Assembly (NCBI GenBank): GCA_963710755.1
Contig: CAVQBK010000003.1
Coordinates: 544,001 to 608,000, forward strand
Length of the DNA: 64,000 nt
Direction: 5' to 3'
Source of the DNA: an uncultured bacterium
GTDB taxonomy: Bacteria > Oederibacteriota > JAAXVQ01 > JAUVAV01
Shown: positions 29,275 to 39,120 of the stretch, piece after piece
Layout of the letters: the number at the start of each line of letters is the position of its first letter
Position numbering within the stretch: the first letter of the stretch is position 1
Program-made: the position numbers and the translations under genes
Notes under the pieces: generated by a model
Told to the model about the DNA's origin: nothing
The model's database searches: none
The model's input: the letters and a program-made list of their open reading frames with translations, nothing else

Positions 29275-30024
29275 ATGAATTTGGCTGCTTTCTCAGAGCA
29301 ACCTCTGCCGGGGTTGAATCAAAATACCTTGCACCGCTTGGGGCTGGGCGTCAATGCCTTTTTTCGTCTCAGTCAAGTGGTCAGTCTCACCGGTATGGGG
29401 ATCCTTCTCAAACACTGGTGCGGCCTGACCTTTCAGGGTCAGGAAAAATTAGTTTCCCTGAAGCAATGTCTACTGGCACCTACTCATTACAGCCATCTCG
29501 ATTTTTGGGCGGTGCTGGAAGGCCTGCCCAAAGCCTTGCGCCGCACGACCTATGTGGCCGCGGCCAAGGATCATTTCTATGATAACCTGCTGTGGACTTT
29601 TTTTGTCAAACTCGGATCCTACCACAATTTCCCTTTTGAACGCACCTCGCTCACCACCGGTAATTATCGCCGTCTGATGACCATGGTTAACGCCGGTTGT
29701 TCGCTGTTGATGTTTCCCCAGGGCACCCGCAGCCGCGATAATAGTATTAAACCGTTTAAAGCCATGTTGGCCATGCTGGCCATTGAGTGCCAGGTACCGA
29801 TTGTGCCTGTGTTCATCCGCGGCACCTGGGAAGCCTTGCCGCCTGATCATTTTTTTATTAAACCTCATCCCATCGAGGTCTGCTTTGGAGATCCCCTGAT
29901 TCCCCAACCTCTGCCTCCGGATGCACGGCGGGGCATGCCGCAAAAAGCCCGCGCCCTCAATCAGCAGCTCATGGCCTCCATCGAACAGATGGCTAACCGA
30001 CGTAATTCCAGGTTAGCAACATGA
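29275..30024 (+). CDS. PlsC-like lysophospholipid acyltransferase
   Basis: HYSHLD (HX4D), FPQGTRS and VPIVP motifs. Confidence 0.85.
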   Translation: MNLAAFSEQPLPGLNQNTLHRLGLGVNAFFRLSQVVSLTGMGILLKHWCGLTFQGQEKLVSLKQCLLAPTHYSHLDFWAVLEGLPKALRRTTYVAAAKDHFYDNLLWTFFVKLGSYHNFPFERTSLTTGNYRRLMTMVNAGCSLLMFPQGTRSRDNSIKPFKAMLAMLAIECQVPIVPVFIRGTWEALPPDHFFIKPHPIEVCFGDPLIPQPLPPDARRGMPQKARALNQQLMASIEQMANRRNSRLAT

Positions 30025-31250
30025 TTAAGCCGGTCTATGTCACTGGTTTGGGGGTGATTACCCCTTTTGGCCTGGGCTGTCAGCCCTTGTGGCAGGCCAT
30101 GCTGGAGAAGCGTTCCGCCTTGTCGGCCATCACCCGCTTCGATACGTCCTGGTTGCCGGTGCACCAGGCCGTATGGTTGGGCGTTGATACTTGGCAGGAG
30201 CAGGACGCACCGGAAGGGGTGGAGACGCCGGTGAGCCGGCTGGCCTGGCAGGCCAGCCGGGCCGCCTTAAAAGAGGCGGGCTTGTTAACGCCCTCTGGCC
30301 ATGCCGCCGATGAAGAGACGGCTTTGTTCTTCAGTTCGACCTTGGGAGAGTTGCATCACTATCATCAGGCTTACGCTGCTCTCACGGATGAGGAAGAGCA
30401 AACGGCAGCTTTTCTGCAGGCGTTGCGTACGGAGCCACCTACCCACGGGCCCATGCTGGCCGTGGCTCGTGCCCTCAATTTGACCGGCTTGCACTCCATG
30501 AATATTAATGCCTGTGCCTCCAGTGGTTATGCCCTGGCTCTGGGCATGGAGCATATTCGCCAAGGACATGGCCGGCGGGCCTTGTGCGGCGGGGCTGATT
30601 ATATTTCTCTGGCTCAATTCGCGGGCTTCTGCAGTCTGCGCAGTCTCTCCCCAGCAGGTTGCCGGCCCTTTGATTTGCATCGCGACGGTCTGGCTTTGGG
30701 CGAAGCCGGGGTCATGATCCTGCTGGAATCAGAAGAAGCCCTGCTGGAGCGCGGCGCAAAGACGGTGGCTCAGCTGCTGGGTTATGGTTGGGCCACCGAC
30801 GGCTATCATATGTCCGCACCCCATCCCCAAGGCCTGGGTCTGAAGCGCGCACTTCATGCGGCCCTGGAGGATGCAGGGCTGACACCTGATGCCATAGATT
30901 TTATTGTGGCCCATGGTACGGGTACGCCCAGCAATGATGCTGTGGAAGCCCGCGTATATCATGATTTTTTTAACGGACGCGCACCGCTGGTCACAGCGCC
31001 TAAAGGGTTACTGGGCCATACCATGGGCGCGGCCAGTGCTCTTGAAGTTTTGGTGGGTATTTTAGGCTTGCACCATGGCGTTATTCCGCCTACAGCCAAT
31101 TTCCATACACCTGATCCTCAATGCCCGGTGACCATTGTCGAGCATCCTGTGGCTAGACCGGAGCTGACCACCTTTATGGCCAATACGCTGGGATTTGGCG
31201 GTAACACAGCCAGTCTGATCGTTAAACATCCTTTCCGGGAGCTGAGATGA
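30021..31250 (+). CDS. Beta-ketoacyl-ACP synthase (FabF-like, catalytic triad intact)
   Basis: NACASS, HGTGT, KGLLGHT and GFGG motifs. Confidence 0.9.
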   Translation: MIKPVYVTGLGVITPFGLGCQPLWQAMLEKRSALSAITRFDTSWLPVHQAVWLGVDTWQEQDAPEGVETPVSRLAWQASRAALKEAGLLTPSGHAADEETALFFSSTLGELHHYHQAYAALTDEEEQTAAFLQALRTEPPTHGPMLAVARALNLTGLHSMNINACASSGYALALGMEHIRQGHGRRALCGGADYISLAQFAGFCSLRSLSPAGCRPFDLHRDGLALGEAGVMILLESEEALLERGAKTVAQLLGYGWATDGYHMSAPHPQGLGLKRALHAALEDAGLTPDAIDFIVAHGTGTPSNDAVEARVYHDFFNGRAPLVTAPKGLLGHTMGAASALEVLVGILGLHHGVIPPTANFHTPDPQCPVTIVEHPVARPELTTFMANTLGFGGNTASLIVKHPFRELR

Positions 31251-32428
31251 TGCAGGACCAAGTTGTCATCACCGCGGTAACCATACTTAATAATCTTGGG
31301 TCTGATCATGAAACCGTATGGAACGGGCTGCTCAAAGGTGAATGCCCTGAGCAGCCCCACCCCATCACCCACCCCTTTCCCCGGCCCGCCGTGGCTTTTT
31401 ACGGCATAGAAGATGATTTGCGTGGCCGGTTGGGCGGCAAGGGATGGCGTCATCACCAGCGGGCGGCCCTGATGGCTTGTCTGGCCGGCCGGCAGGTGCT
31501 GGCTCAGGCCGGGCTGGACAAGGTTGGTGTGAAGGAACGGGCTGTGGTGGTGGCCAACGGCCAGAATTTATTTTGTCCCGAGTATATGGCGGCCTTGAAG
31601 CAGCGAACCTTGTCCTTCATCAACCCGCCGCTGTTTATTAATTTATCCACCAATGCCACTGCCTCGCAGATGACCATTGACTTGGGAATCGAAGCCTTTT
31701 CCCTGACCATTACCAGCGGTTTTACAGCGGGCTTGGAAGTTTTTCATTTTGCCTGCCAGGCCTTGCACAGCCAACGGGCCAATCTGATTCTTACGGGAGG
31801 GGTGGAACAGGCCGGAGAGGAAATGATGCAAAGTTTAATGATCGCCAAGCAACGCGGCCGCCACTCTTTGGTTTTTGATGAGCAATCCCTGCGAGCCATG
31901 AGTGGGGAAGGCTGCGCCTTGGCGGCAGTGGAACATCGCTCCCAAGCCCGGGCGGCCGGGCGTAAGCCCGTAGCCATGATTGCGGGATTTGGGATGGCAA
32001 TGTATCATGAGAAACAACCTTCGGGTCGTGCCTTCAAATCAGCCATAACCCGGGCCTTGGCTCAGGCCGGTCTTGAGCCTCAAGACTTGGATGCCGTTTT
32101 TTTAAACGCCAATGGCGATGGCCTGCAGGAACAAATGGAATTGGAAGCCATCGCCGCCATGCTGCCTGCTTCTTTACCCGCGGTGGCCTTGAAAGGCGCA
32201 TGGGGTGAAACTTATCATGCCGGTGCCAGCATGGCCGTGGTGGCCGCCAGTTTGGCGCTCAAGCACCAAGTGATGCCACCAACGTGTAAGCTGCATGCCC
32301 ATCCGCCGGCAGGGTTTAAATGGCATTCAGTTCCGCTGGCCATGCCTCTGCGGCATGTTATCGTACTGGCTGCGGAAGGGACATCCAAGGCTGCGGCCTT
32401 GATTCTATCCAGAGGTGAACAGCCATGA
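31247..32428 (+). CDS. Inactive ketosynthase homologue (chain-length-factor-like)
   Basis: KS fold cues (INP..F, GEG) are present, but the triad motifs are replaced by SGFTAG, NANGD and KGAWGET. Confidence 0.75.
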   Translation: MMQDQVVITAVTILNNLGSDHETVWNGLLKGECPEQPHPITHPFPRPAVAFYGIEDDLRGRLGGKGWRHHQRAALMACLAGRQVLAQAGLDKVGVKERAVVVANGQNLFCPEYMAALKQRTLSFINPPLFINLSTNATASQMTIDLGIEAFSLTITSGFTAGLEVFHFACQALHSQRANLILTGGVEQAGEEMMQSLMIAKQRGRHSLVFDEQSLRAMSGEGCALAAVEHRSQARAAGRKPVAMIAGFGMAMYHEKQPSGRAFKSAITRALAQAGLEPQDLDAVFLNANGDGLQEQMELEAIAAMLPASLPAVALKGAWGETYHAGASMAVVAASLALKHQVMPPTCKLHAHPPAGFKWHSVPLAMPLRHVIVLAAEGTSKAAALILSRGEQP

Positions 32429-33174
32429 CTTATACCTATGACGGTGAGGTAGTATTGGTAACCGGCGGGACCGGAGCTTTAGGACAAGCTATGGTTAGAC
32501 GCTTGCGTGCCGAAGGCCTGAAGGTGGCCTTGACCTATGCTCATCAAAAAGCCACGGCTGAACGCCTGGTCGAAGAAAACGGTGGACCGGGACAGGTCCT
32601 GGCCTTGCGGGATGAGGGCACTACCTTGAACAGTGTCAGGCAGCTGGTGGAACAGGTCAACCAAAAATGGGGATCCATTCATTTTTTAGTTAACAATGCC
32701 GGGATTATTCGCGATGTCTCCTTTGTGCATATGGAAGAAGAAGACTGGCAAAAGGTGCTGGCCGTGAATCTGGAAAAAGCGCTGGCCTTTTGCAGAGCCG
32801 TTATCTTTGACATGGTTAAGGCCAAACAAGGCACCATCGTGAATATAAGCTCGGTGGCGGCTCTGGCTGGGTCCAAAGGACAGGTGAATTATGCCAGTGC
32901 CAAAGCTGGGCTGCTGGGCATGACCAAAGCCCTGGCCCGGGAATTCGGCCGCCATGGGTTGCGCATCAACGCGCTGGCGCCGGGGTATATCGAATCAGCC
33001 ATGACCGCCAGTCTGGGCCCGGCCAAGCTGGAAGAAGTGAAAGGGCTTATCCCCTTGCGCCGGTTGGGCCATCCTGAAGAGGTAGCGGCAGCCGCAGCTT
33101 TTTTACTCTCCCGGGAGGCGGGCTATGTCACCGGCCAAACCCTGGTGATTGACGGCGGACTGGTCATGAATTAA
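32425..33174 (+). CDS. fabG: 3-oxoacyl-ACP reductase (FabG-like)
   Basis: TGGTGALG, NNAGI.RD, YASAK and DGG motifs. Confidence 0.85.
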   Translation: MTYTYDGEVVLVTGGTGALGQAMVRRLRAEGLKVALTYAHQKATAERLVEENGGPGQVLALRDEGTTLNSVRQLVEQVNQKWGSIHFLVNNAGIIRDVSFVHMEEEDWQKVLAVNLEKALAFCRAVIFDMVKAKQGTIVNISSVAALAGSKGQVNYASAKAGLLGMTKALAREFGRHGLRINALAPGYIESAMTASLGPAKLEEVKGLIPLRRLGHPEEVAAAAAFLLSREAGYVTGQTLVIDGGLVMN

Positions 33175-33349
33175 CGGAACCTAGGAAGTCCGCGCCTTGG
33201 TCGGACAGCGGTTTGCATGCGTAGGGCACAGACACCCGGCCTACACCGGACAAGCAACCATATCCCTACAAACAGAAAGATGCTATTAGCCGCAGGGGAC
33301 GCTGTTATACTTTATTTCCGGCTCTGCCGATTTATAGGAAGAAGAAAAA

Positions 33350-34630
33350 ATGAAACCACCTTTTACCAGTGCCATTCTTACCATTGGCGATGAATTGATC
33401 CATGCGCCTATGGATAGCAATGGTCCGGCCATCGCCGCTTTTTTAAATGATCACGGACTGGTGGTATGCAGCCGCGTCACCGTACCTGATGAGCTGGACA
33501 TCATTAACGAACACTTGGCCCACCTTCACCAAACCCACGATCTGGTGATCTGTTGCGGGGGCTTGGGGCCCACTCAGGATGATTTGACGCGGCTTGCCAT
33601 CAGCCAGGTAACCCATAAACCCTTGGTCTTGGACCCGGTCAGTCTTAAGGCCATTAAAACCCGTTTTCTAAAGCGGGGTTTTGCCATGACACCCCTTAAT
33701 GCCCAGCAAGCTTATAAACCGAGAGGCGCGCAAACCCTGCCCAATGCCAATGGCACAGCACCAGGGTTGCTGCTTAATCATAAGGGCCGTTGGATTGCGG
33801 CTCTGCCCGGTCCACCCCGCGAATGTCTGCCCCTGCTGCAACACCAATTATGGCCGCGGCTGCAAAAAATCAGCGCCCGCCGGAGCCAGCCGGCCGAGAC
33901 CATCACCCTGCTTACTGTTGGTCTGGGCGAGTCCACTGTTCAGGAAATGACTGCGTCGCTGGTGCCGGTGGATAAAGATTTGCACCTGGGTTTTTTGATA
34001 CAAGAGCCAGGCGAAGTATTAATCAAACTGACTGTGTCCGGAAGCACATTGAGAAAGAAAAAAGCTCTTGCTCAGACGGTGTTTAAAAAAATAAAAATAA
34101 AATTGGGCTCAGCGGTGGTAGGTCGGGGTGAGCGCAGCCTGGAAGAGGTGATCGGGCGGCTGCTACTCAAGCAGCAGCAAACCCTGGCTGTGGCGGAATC
34201 GTGCACCGGAGGGTTGATCAGCAGCCGCCTCACGGCTGTGCCCGGCAGTAGCCGTTATTTTCACGAAGGGATGGTCACCTACAGCAATGAAGCCAAACAG
34301 TATCGCCTGGGGGTGCCGCGGACGTTGCTCATAAGCAAGGGTGCGGTCAGTCAGGAGACCGCCCTAGCCATGGCTCAAGGCGTCAGGAGGCATCACGGGG
34401 CTGATTGGGGATTGGCCGTAACCGGTGTGGCTGGGCCGGGTGGCGGCACGCCCTCCAAACCAGTGGGCATGGTGCATGTGGCCGTGGCCCGGCCCGATGG
34501 CCAAGTCGGCCATTGGGTACTGAACCTTAAAGGCACGCGCCGTTTCATCCAGCAATTAACGGCCACCACAGCCCTGAATCATTTACGCTTGAGCCTGCTG
34601 GAGGTCGATAAGCCCAGGAAGCGAACATGA
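33350..34630 (+). CDS. cinA: CinA (molybdopterin-binding domain plus NMN deamidase)
   Basis: GDEL, GGLGPTQDDLTR, AESCTGG, GAVS and TGVAGP motifs. Confidence 0.93.
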   Translation: MKPPFTSAILTIGDELIHAPMDSNGPAIAAFLNDHGLVVCSRVTVPDELDIINEHLAHLHQTHDLVICCGGLGPTQDDLTRLAISQVTHKPLVLDPVSLKAIKTRFLKRGFAMTPLNAQQAYKPRGAQTLPNANGTAPGLLLNHKGRWIAALPGPPRECLPLLQHQLWPRLQKISARRSQPAETITLLTVGLGESTVQEMTASLVPVDKDLHLGFLIQEPGEVLIKLTVSGSTLRKKKALAQTVFKKIKIKLGSAVVGRGERSLEEVIGRLLLKQQQTLAVAESCTGGLISSRLTAVPGSSRYFHEGMVTYSNEAKQYRLGVPRTLLISKGAVSQETALAMAQGVRRHHGADWGLAVTGVAGPGGGTPSKPVGMVHVAVARPDGQVGHWVLNLKGTRRFIQQLTATTALNHLRLSLLEVDKPRKRT

Positions 34631-35205
34631 GCCAGTTGCGATTATTCGTAGCTGTACCTTTACCTGAGTCAACGGTGCACCATGTTTACCGCCGACTTCA
34701 AGAATTGGCACCGCTGGTACCGGCCGTGAAATGGGTGGATCCGGCTAATATGCATTTTACCTTGGCTTTTTTAGGCAGGCGACCGGAAACGGAGTTGGAT
34801 CTCCTTAAGCAAGTGCTCGACCATGCTAGTCAGCAGCAGCCGGCGTTGACCTATCAGTTGGGGGGCATGGGCTTTTTTCCCACAACCCAACGGCCGCATA
34901 TAATTTGGATCGGTGTGGGCCAGGGCTGCCGGGCTTTTGAAGCTTTGGGGTCATCTGTGCAAAAGGCTTTGCGCAGTGCGGGCTTTGCTTTGGAAGAGCG
35001 ACCCTTTGTACCGCACCTCACCGTAGGCCGAATTAAACAAGGCCAGGGGCTGCCCCAAGCCAAGCGCCTGCAGGCCCAATGGCAGGACTTGCCGGAAAAA
35101 TTGATCGTCGACAAATTACACTTGATGCACTCCCAATTGACTTCCGACGGAGCGGTCTACACGGTTCGGCATGAAGTGTACCTGTCAAACGGTCGGCTAA
35201 ATTAA
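34627..35205 (+). CDS. thpR: RNA 2',3'-cyclic phosphodiesterase (2H family)
   Basis: RLFVA, HFTL.FLG and PHLTVGR motifs. Confidence 0.92.
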   Translation: MSQLRLFVAVPLPESTVHHVYRRLQELAPLVPAVKWVDPANMHFTLAFLGRRPETELDLLKQVLDHASQQQPALTYQLGGMGFFPTTQRPHIIWIGVGQGCRAFEALGSSVQKALRSAGFALEERPFVPHLTVGRIKQGQGLPQAKRLQAQWQDLPEKLIVDKLHLMHSQLTSDGAVYTVRHEVYLSNGRLN

Positions 35206-35274
35206 AAGATATTACTTGTGTCATTGGGCTCTAAGACCAGGTGGACATAGACGGGATAAATGCGAATAGCTCAA

Positions 35275-35306
35275 GTGCAGGGGCGCATGAATGTTCGCCC
35301 CTGCAC
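35275..35306. repeat. REP-like palindrome or terminator between convergent genes
   Basis: GTGCAGGGGCG-N10-CGCCCCTGCAC. Confidence 0.6.
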
Positions 35307-35315
35307 CAGGTTTGT

Positions 35316-37109
35316 TTATTTCAAGACTTGTTGCAAAAACAAGCGGGCAATGGGCGCGGCCATATCCATACCCGTGCCTTCTTTTTCCGCGTAAACTGCG
35401 ATCGCGACCTGAGGATCTTCAGCCGGCGCAAAAGCAATAAACCATCCATTCAACCCATGACGGGAATCACCGGTAGTGCCGGTCTTGCCGGCCACAGTAA
35501 AGCCTTTCACCTGCGCTTTGGTGCCGATCCCGTGTTTAACCGTATCGATCATATAGGTCTTCAGGGTTTCGGCGGTCTGAGGTTGAATGGGGGTACGCAT
35601 GATTCTGGGTACACCTTTTCCAATCACCTGGTCCTGAATATTTTTAATCTCACTGATCATATAAGGCTGCATCATATTACCTTTATTGGCAATAGTGGCC
35701 GCCAGCAGCGCTGCATGCAAGGGCGTCATCATAATGTTGTCTCCCAGGCCGCAAGACCGGTTGGCCAGATCAAACCGCGTATCGCTGATCATAGGCGCCA
35801 TCGAGGTGGCAATAGGCAGCGACAAGTCCATGACATTGGATTGGAAAGACATGGTGATGGGCATGCCAAACCCAAATTTATTGGAAAACTCATAGAGACG
35901 GTCAGGGCCCAAGGCAAAGCCCAGTTCGGCCATGGCGATGTTACAAGACGTGTCCAGGGCTGCCTGCAGGGAATCCACCTGGCCGTGGCGCTTCCAGCAC
36001 CAAAAGGTTTTTTCATTATAGCGGGCAGCGCCGGTGCAGGTGACCGGGAAGATACTCTCCAGATTAAGATTGGATTCCAGGGCGCCGGCCGACGTGATAA
36101 TCTTGAAAATAGACCCCGGTTTGTAAAGCATTTCCAAGGCCCGGTTTTTAAGGGGTTGGTTTTTATTTTTTATAATTTTGTTCCAGTCGTGGTCAATGCG
36201 ATTGGGATTGTAATAAGGATGATTGAGCAGAGCCTTGATCTCTCCGGTTTTGGGGTCAAGCGCTACCAGACTGCCTTTACGCCAGCCCATGGCGCGGTCT
36301 GCCGCCCGCTGCCACTCGGCATCGATGGTCAAGGTGATGGTATTGCCCGGCAGGTAGGGCTCTAAGGTTTTTTCCAAGCCCGTGGAACCGTGGAGTTTAC
36401 TGCGGTAGCCAATAATATGGGCCGTGTATTGGGCCAGGGCATAATAAGCTTTGTCCTGTTGATGGCGTACGGAATAACGGGCCAGAGGCAGTTGGTTGCG
36501 ATCAACTATATAGGTAATGAAGTCCCGGTCCAGCTCCTCTCTGGCCTGATTCAATTTCTGTTGGGCCAGCTTCAGATCAGGGTCCAGGGACAGGGTTTTG
36601 CGATAAATGTCAATGGCTTCGGTCAGCCGGCCCAGGGCATGCAGAGCCAGGGCATGGCCAAGATTAGTCTGAGCATCCTTGGGAGCCATGGACAGCGCAT
36701 GACGAAATTCCAGTTCCGCCTGGGGATAAATCCCCCGGGCCAGGTAGGAGTAGCCCATTTTGGTGTGGTTGAAGCGGCGGTTGAAGCTCAATCCCAGCTG
36801 TATGGCCTGTTCATATTTTATCTCAGCGCGAACCAGATCACCTTGGGTCAAATAAATCAGGCCGATGGCATCCACGGCCTGGGGATAATTGGTTTTCAAG
36901 CGCAACACCCGGTTGAATTCCGCCAGGGCCTGATCCAGGTTGCCCTGGGTGAAGAACGTGCGGCCCTTATTCATGTGAATGGTAACATTGATGCGGCTGC
37001 CGTAAAGATAGACAGCAGCTACCAGAAAAACTGCTAGAATGGCTAAAAAGCTCAGTAACCGGCGGCGTTGACGTTCTTTCTTTTGGCGTTTGCGAAATGA
37101 TAAAGGCAT
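35316..37109 (-). CDS. TPR-repeat plus penicillin-binding transpeptidase fusion (class B PBP-like)
   Basis: N-terminal TM anchor, about four TPRs, then SIFK (SxxK), SCN (SxN) and KTG motifs. Confidence 0.88.
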   Translation of the reverse strand: MPLSFRKRQKKERQRRRLLSFLAILAVFLVAAVYLYGSRINVTIHMNKGRTFFTQGNLDQALAEFNRVLRLKTNYPQAVDAIGLIYLTQGDLVRAEIKYEQAIQLGLSFNRRFNHTKMGYSYLARGIYPQAELEFRHALSMAPKDAQTNLGHALALHALGRLTEAIDIYRKTLSLDPDLKLAQQKLNQAREELDRDFITYIVDRNQLPLARYSVRHQQDKAYYALAQYTAHIIGYRSKLHGSTGLEKTLEPYLPGNTITLTIDAEWQRAADRAMGWRKGSLVALDPKTGEIKALLNHPYYNPNRIDHDWNKIIKNKNQPLKNRALEMLYKPGSIFKIITSAGALESNLNLESIFPVTCTGAARYNEKTFWCWKRHGQVDSLQAALDTSCNIAMAELGFALGPDRLYEFSNKFGFGMPITMSFQSNVMDLSLPIATSMAPMISDTRFDLANRSCGLGDNIMMTPLHAALLAATIANKGNMMQPYMISEIKNIQDQVIGKGVPRIMRTPIQPQTAETLKTYMIDTVKHGIGTKAQVKGFTVAGKTGTTGDSRHGLNGWFIAFAPAEDPQVAIAVYAEKEGTGMDMAAPIARLFLQQVLK

Positions 37110-37527
37110 AACAGACTTCCTCTCCATTGAAGATCCATCGGCTCAGGCCGGTGGCATTTTTGACATGAGCCACTCGACCCTTGTAAAGCAATACAAGATT
37201 GTCATTTTGCTTTCAAGCAGGGCGGTGACAGGTTCTGCTTCCTCCAGGATGCAGGCCCATGGCATTCGCTAGGGCAGGACATGACACGGTGGCAAATCCC
37301 AGGGAATTATGGGAATGTTGAAAGAAAGATTCTAGGTCAGTCCCCATGAAAAGTCAAGGGTCAGACCCGTACTGGACTATGTCCTTTTTATATTATACTG
37401 TTCACCCTGCTTCAATAATTAGTAGGACCCCTGCAAAATCAGCACAGGCCCTAAAATATATTTTGACCGTCTTGCTCCGGCAGGTACAATGGCATCTGGT
37501 TTAACCTGGAATTCTAAGGAGGATGTA

Positions 37528-38880
37528 ATGGGATGCTCTTCAAATAAATTATGGCCTACTTTGGCCCTGCTCAGTCTGCTGGTCGCCAGTGGTTGTCAAA
37601 AACCGAAGCATTCAACTCCGTCAGGCAATACACTGCCTATCGTTAAGGTGCCGCCGTTGGAAGTGTTGGCAGCCCTTGAGTTGACCATTGGGGCACAACA
37701 GGTCAACTTACAGCGAAAAGCTGACCAATGGCAACTGACCATGCCCATGTCCGCGCCGGTACATCCTAACCGGTTGGAAAACCTGTGGTACAGGTTGACC
37801 AACCTGACAGGTGCTCAAACCGTGAGTTCTAAAAAAGCAGGACAGATCAAAAAAACTTATTTCCAAAGTCCACCCGTATTTCAATTGAGCTGGCAGGATC
37901 AAAAGGGACATCAGGACAGCCTTTGGGGAGCAGAGGGCGGACAGGATAAGACGGTCTATGTGCTCCAGCGAAGTAACGGCCGGCTATTACAATTTGCCCA
38001 GGCACCTTGGATAAATGTTGCGGACAACCTACAACAACTGCCCTGGAAAAAACTTTTGGACCTGGACTTTACGGCTGTGACCGGACTCGAGTTTCGATAT
38101 GAGGACCGTCTAATAGTATTGAACAGGAACCGCGACGAGGCCGGGTCATGGAGTATCAGCCTGCCCCAGATGCAAGCCGTCAATCCCCAGGGATTGCTGC
38201 GTTTGATGGGGTTTTTGCAGGGCAGCGAATATGTGGAGGTTAAAGAAGAAACCGTCTGGGGAAAAACCATTCTCTCCCAGTATGGCCTGCAAAAACCAAT
38301 AGCCCAACTGACCGTGCGCTTGGAACAACGACGCCTGCCTAAGGTGCTCGAGTTCGGCCAGACCGAGGACAATAAGGATGTGCTTTTTGCCAAATATCAA
38401 GATGAATCGAGAATTGTCAGTGTGCCTGCGGTATTTTTAAACCAATGTCTCATCCAATTGGAACAAGTGGGCCTGGACCGGACCTTGATTGATTTCATGC
38501 CCTTGGTGAATAAAATTGAGGGTGATTTTCCCGAAGAGCAACGCATCGCTGAACGACACGAAAAAGCCTGGGTGATGGTCAACGCCGGTTCCAAAGTGCC
38601 CGGTAATAGCCGGGCCGATGCGGAAGTGCTGGTGGCTTTTTTGAACCAACTGACCTTTGACAATCTGGTGGGCAAGGGCTCTCCTGATGATCAGGTGTTT
38701 CATGGAGCCCAAACTTTTGGAAAAATTATTTTTTACAGCAATTACCGCGATCCTTTGGTGCAGCTAACTTTTTACCGGAGCGATCTTTATCCTGAATATG
38801 TATTTATTAAAAATGAAGCCAATGGTAGAGTGGTCCTCATGGCCCTGGACAAGCTCAAGCCTTATCTAATCCACTATTAA
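37528..38880 (+). CDS. Lipoprotein with DUF4340-like repeats
   Basis: Lipobox VASGC; W.L..P and YGL.KP motifs; AAGGAGG RBS. Confidence 0.65.
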   Translation: MGCSSNKLWPTLALLSLLVASGCQKPKHSTPSGNTLPIVKVPPLEVLAALELTIGAQQVNLQRKADQWQLTMPMSAPVHPNRLENLWYRLTNLTGAQTVSSKKAGQIKKTYFQSPPVFQLSWQDQKGHQDSLWGAEGGQDKTVYVLQRSNGRLLQFAQAPWINVADNLQQLPWKKLLDLDFTAVTGLEFRYEDRLIVLNRNRDEAGSWSISLPQMQAVNPQGLLRLMGFLQGSEYVEVKEETVWGKTILSQYGLQKPIAQLTVRLEQRRLPKVLEFGQTEDNKDVLFAKYQDESRIVSVPAVFLNQCLIQLEQVGLDRTLIDFMPLVNKIEGDFPEEQRIAERHEKAWVMVNAGSKVPGNSRADAEVLVAFLNQLTFDNLVGKGSPDDQVFHGAQTFGKIIFYSNYRDPLVQLTFYRSDLYPEYVFIKNEANGRVVLMALDKLKPYLIHY

Positions 38881-39120
38881 GCCGGCATCAGCCGCGTTCG
38901 TGGCCATAGCAATGCTCCATGCGGGTACGTGGAAGACGTCCTCATTAAATTCATGGAGTCCCCGGAATTCATTCCGGGAATACCGCCGGCCCTCTCCTTG
39001 TTAAGGAGAAGGCTAATGGGTGACAGGTACCTCGATGTTACGCGAGCTTTGGGGTGGGCAATTTATTAATCAACCGGGATCAAGTCCGCTGTTGGACCGT
39101 CATCCCGCCCAGGAGGATTG

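Noticed and set aside
33350-35205. cinA-thpR without the usual downstream recA
   Set aside because: A common rearrangement with no evidence of anything unusual.
35241-36365. 374-aa plus-strand ORF
   Set aside because: Fully antisense to the PBP gene with its intact catalytic motifs, and has no recognisable domain.
37285-37340. c-di-GMP-I riboswitch-like GGCAAA hairpin
   Set aside because: It lacks the GNRA loop, the GACGCAAAG junction and the second stem.
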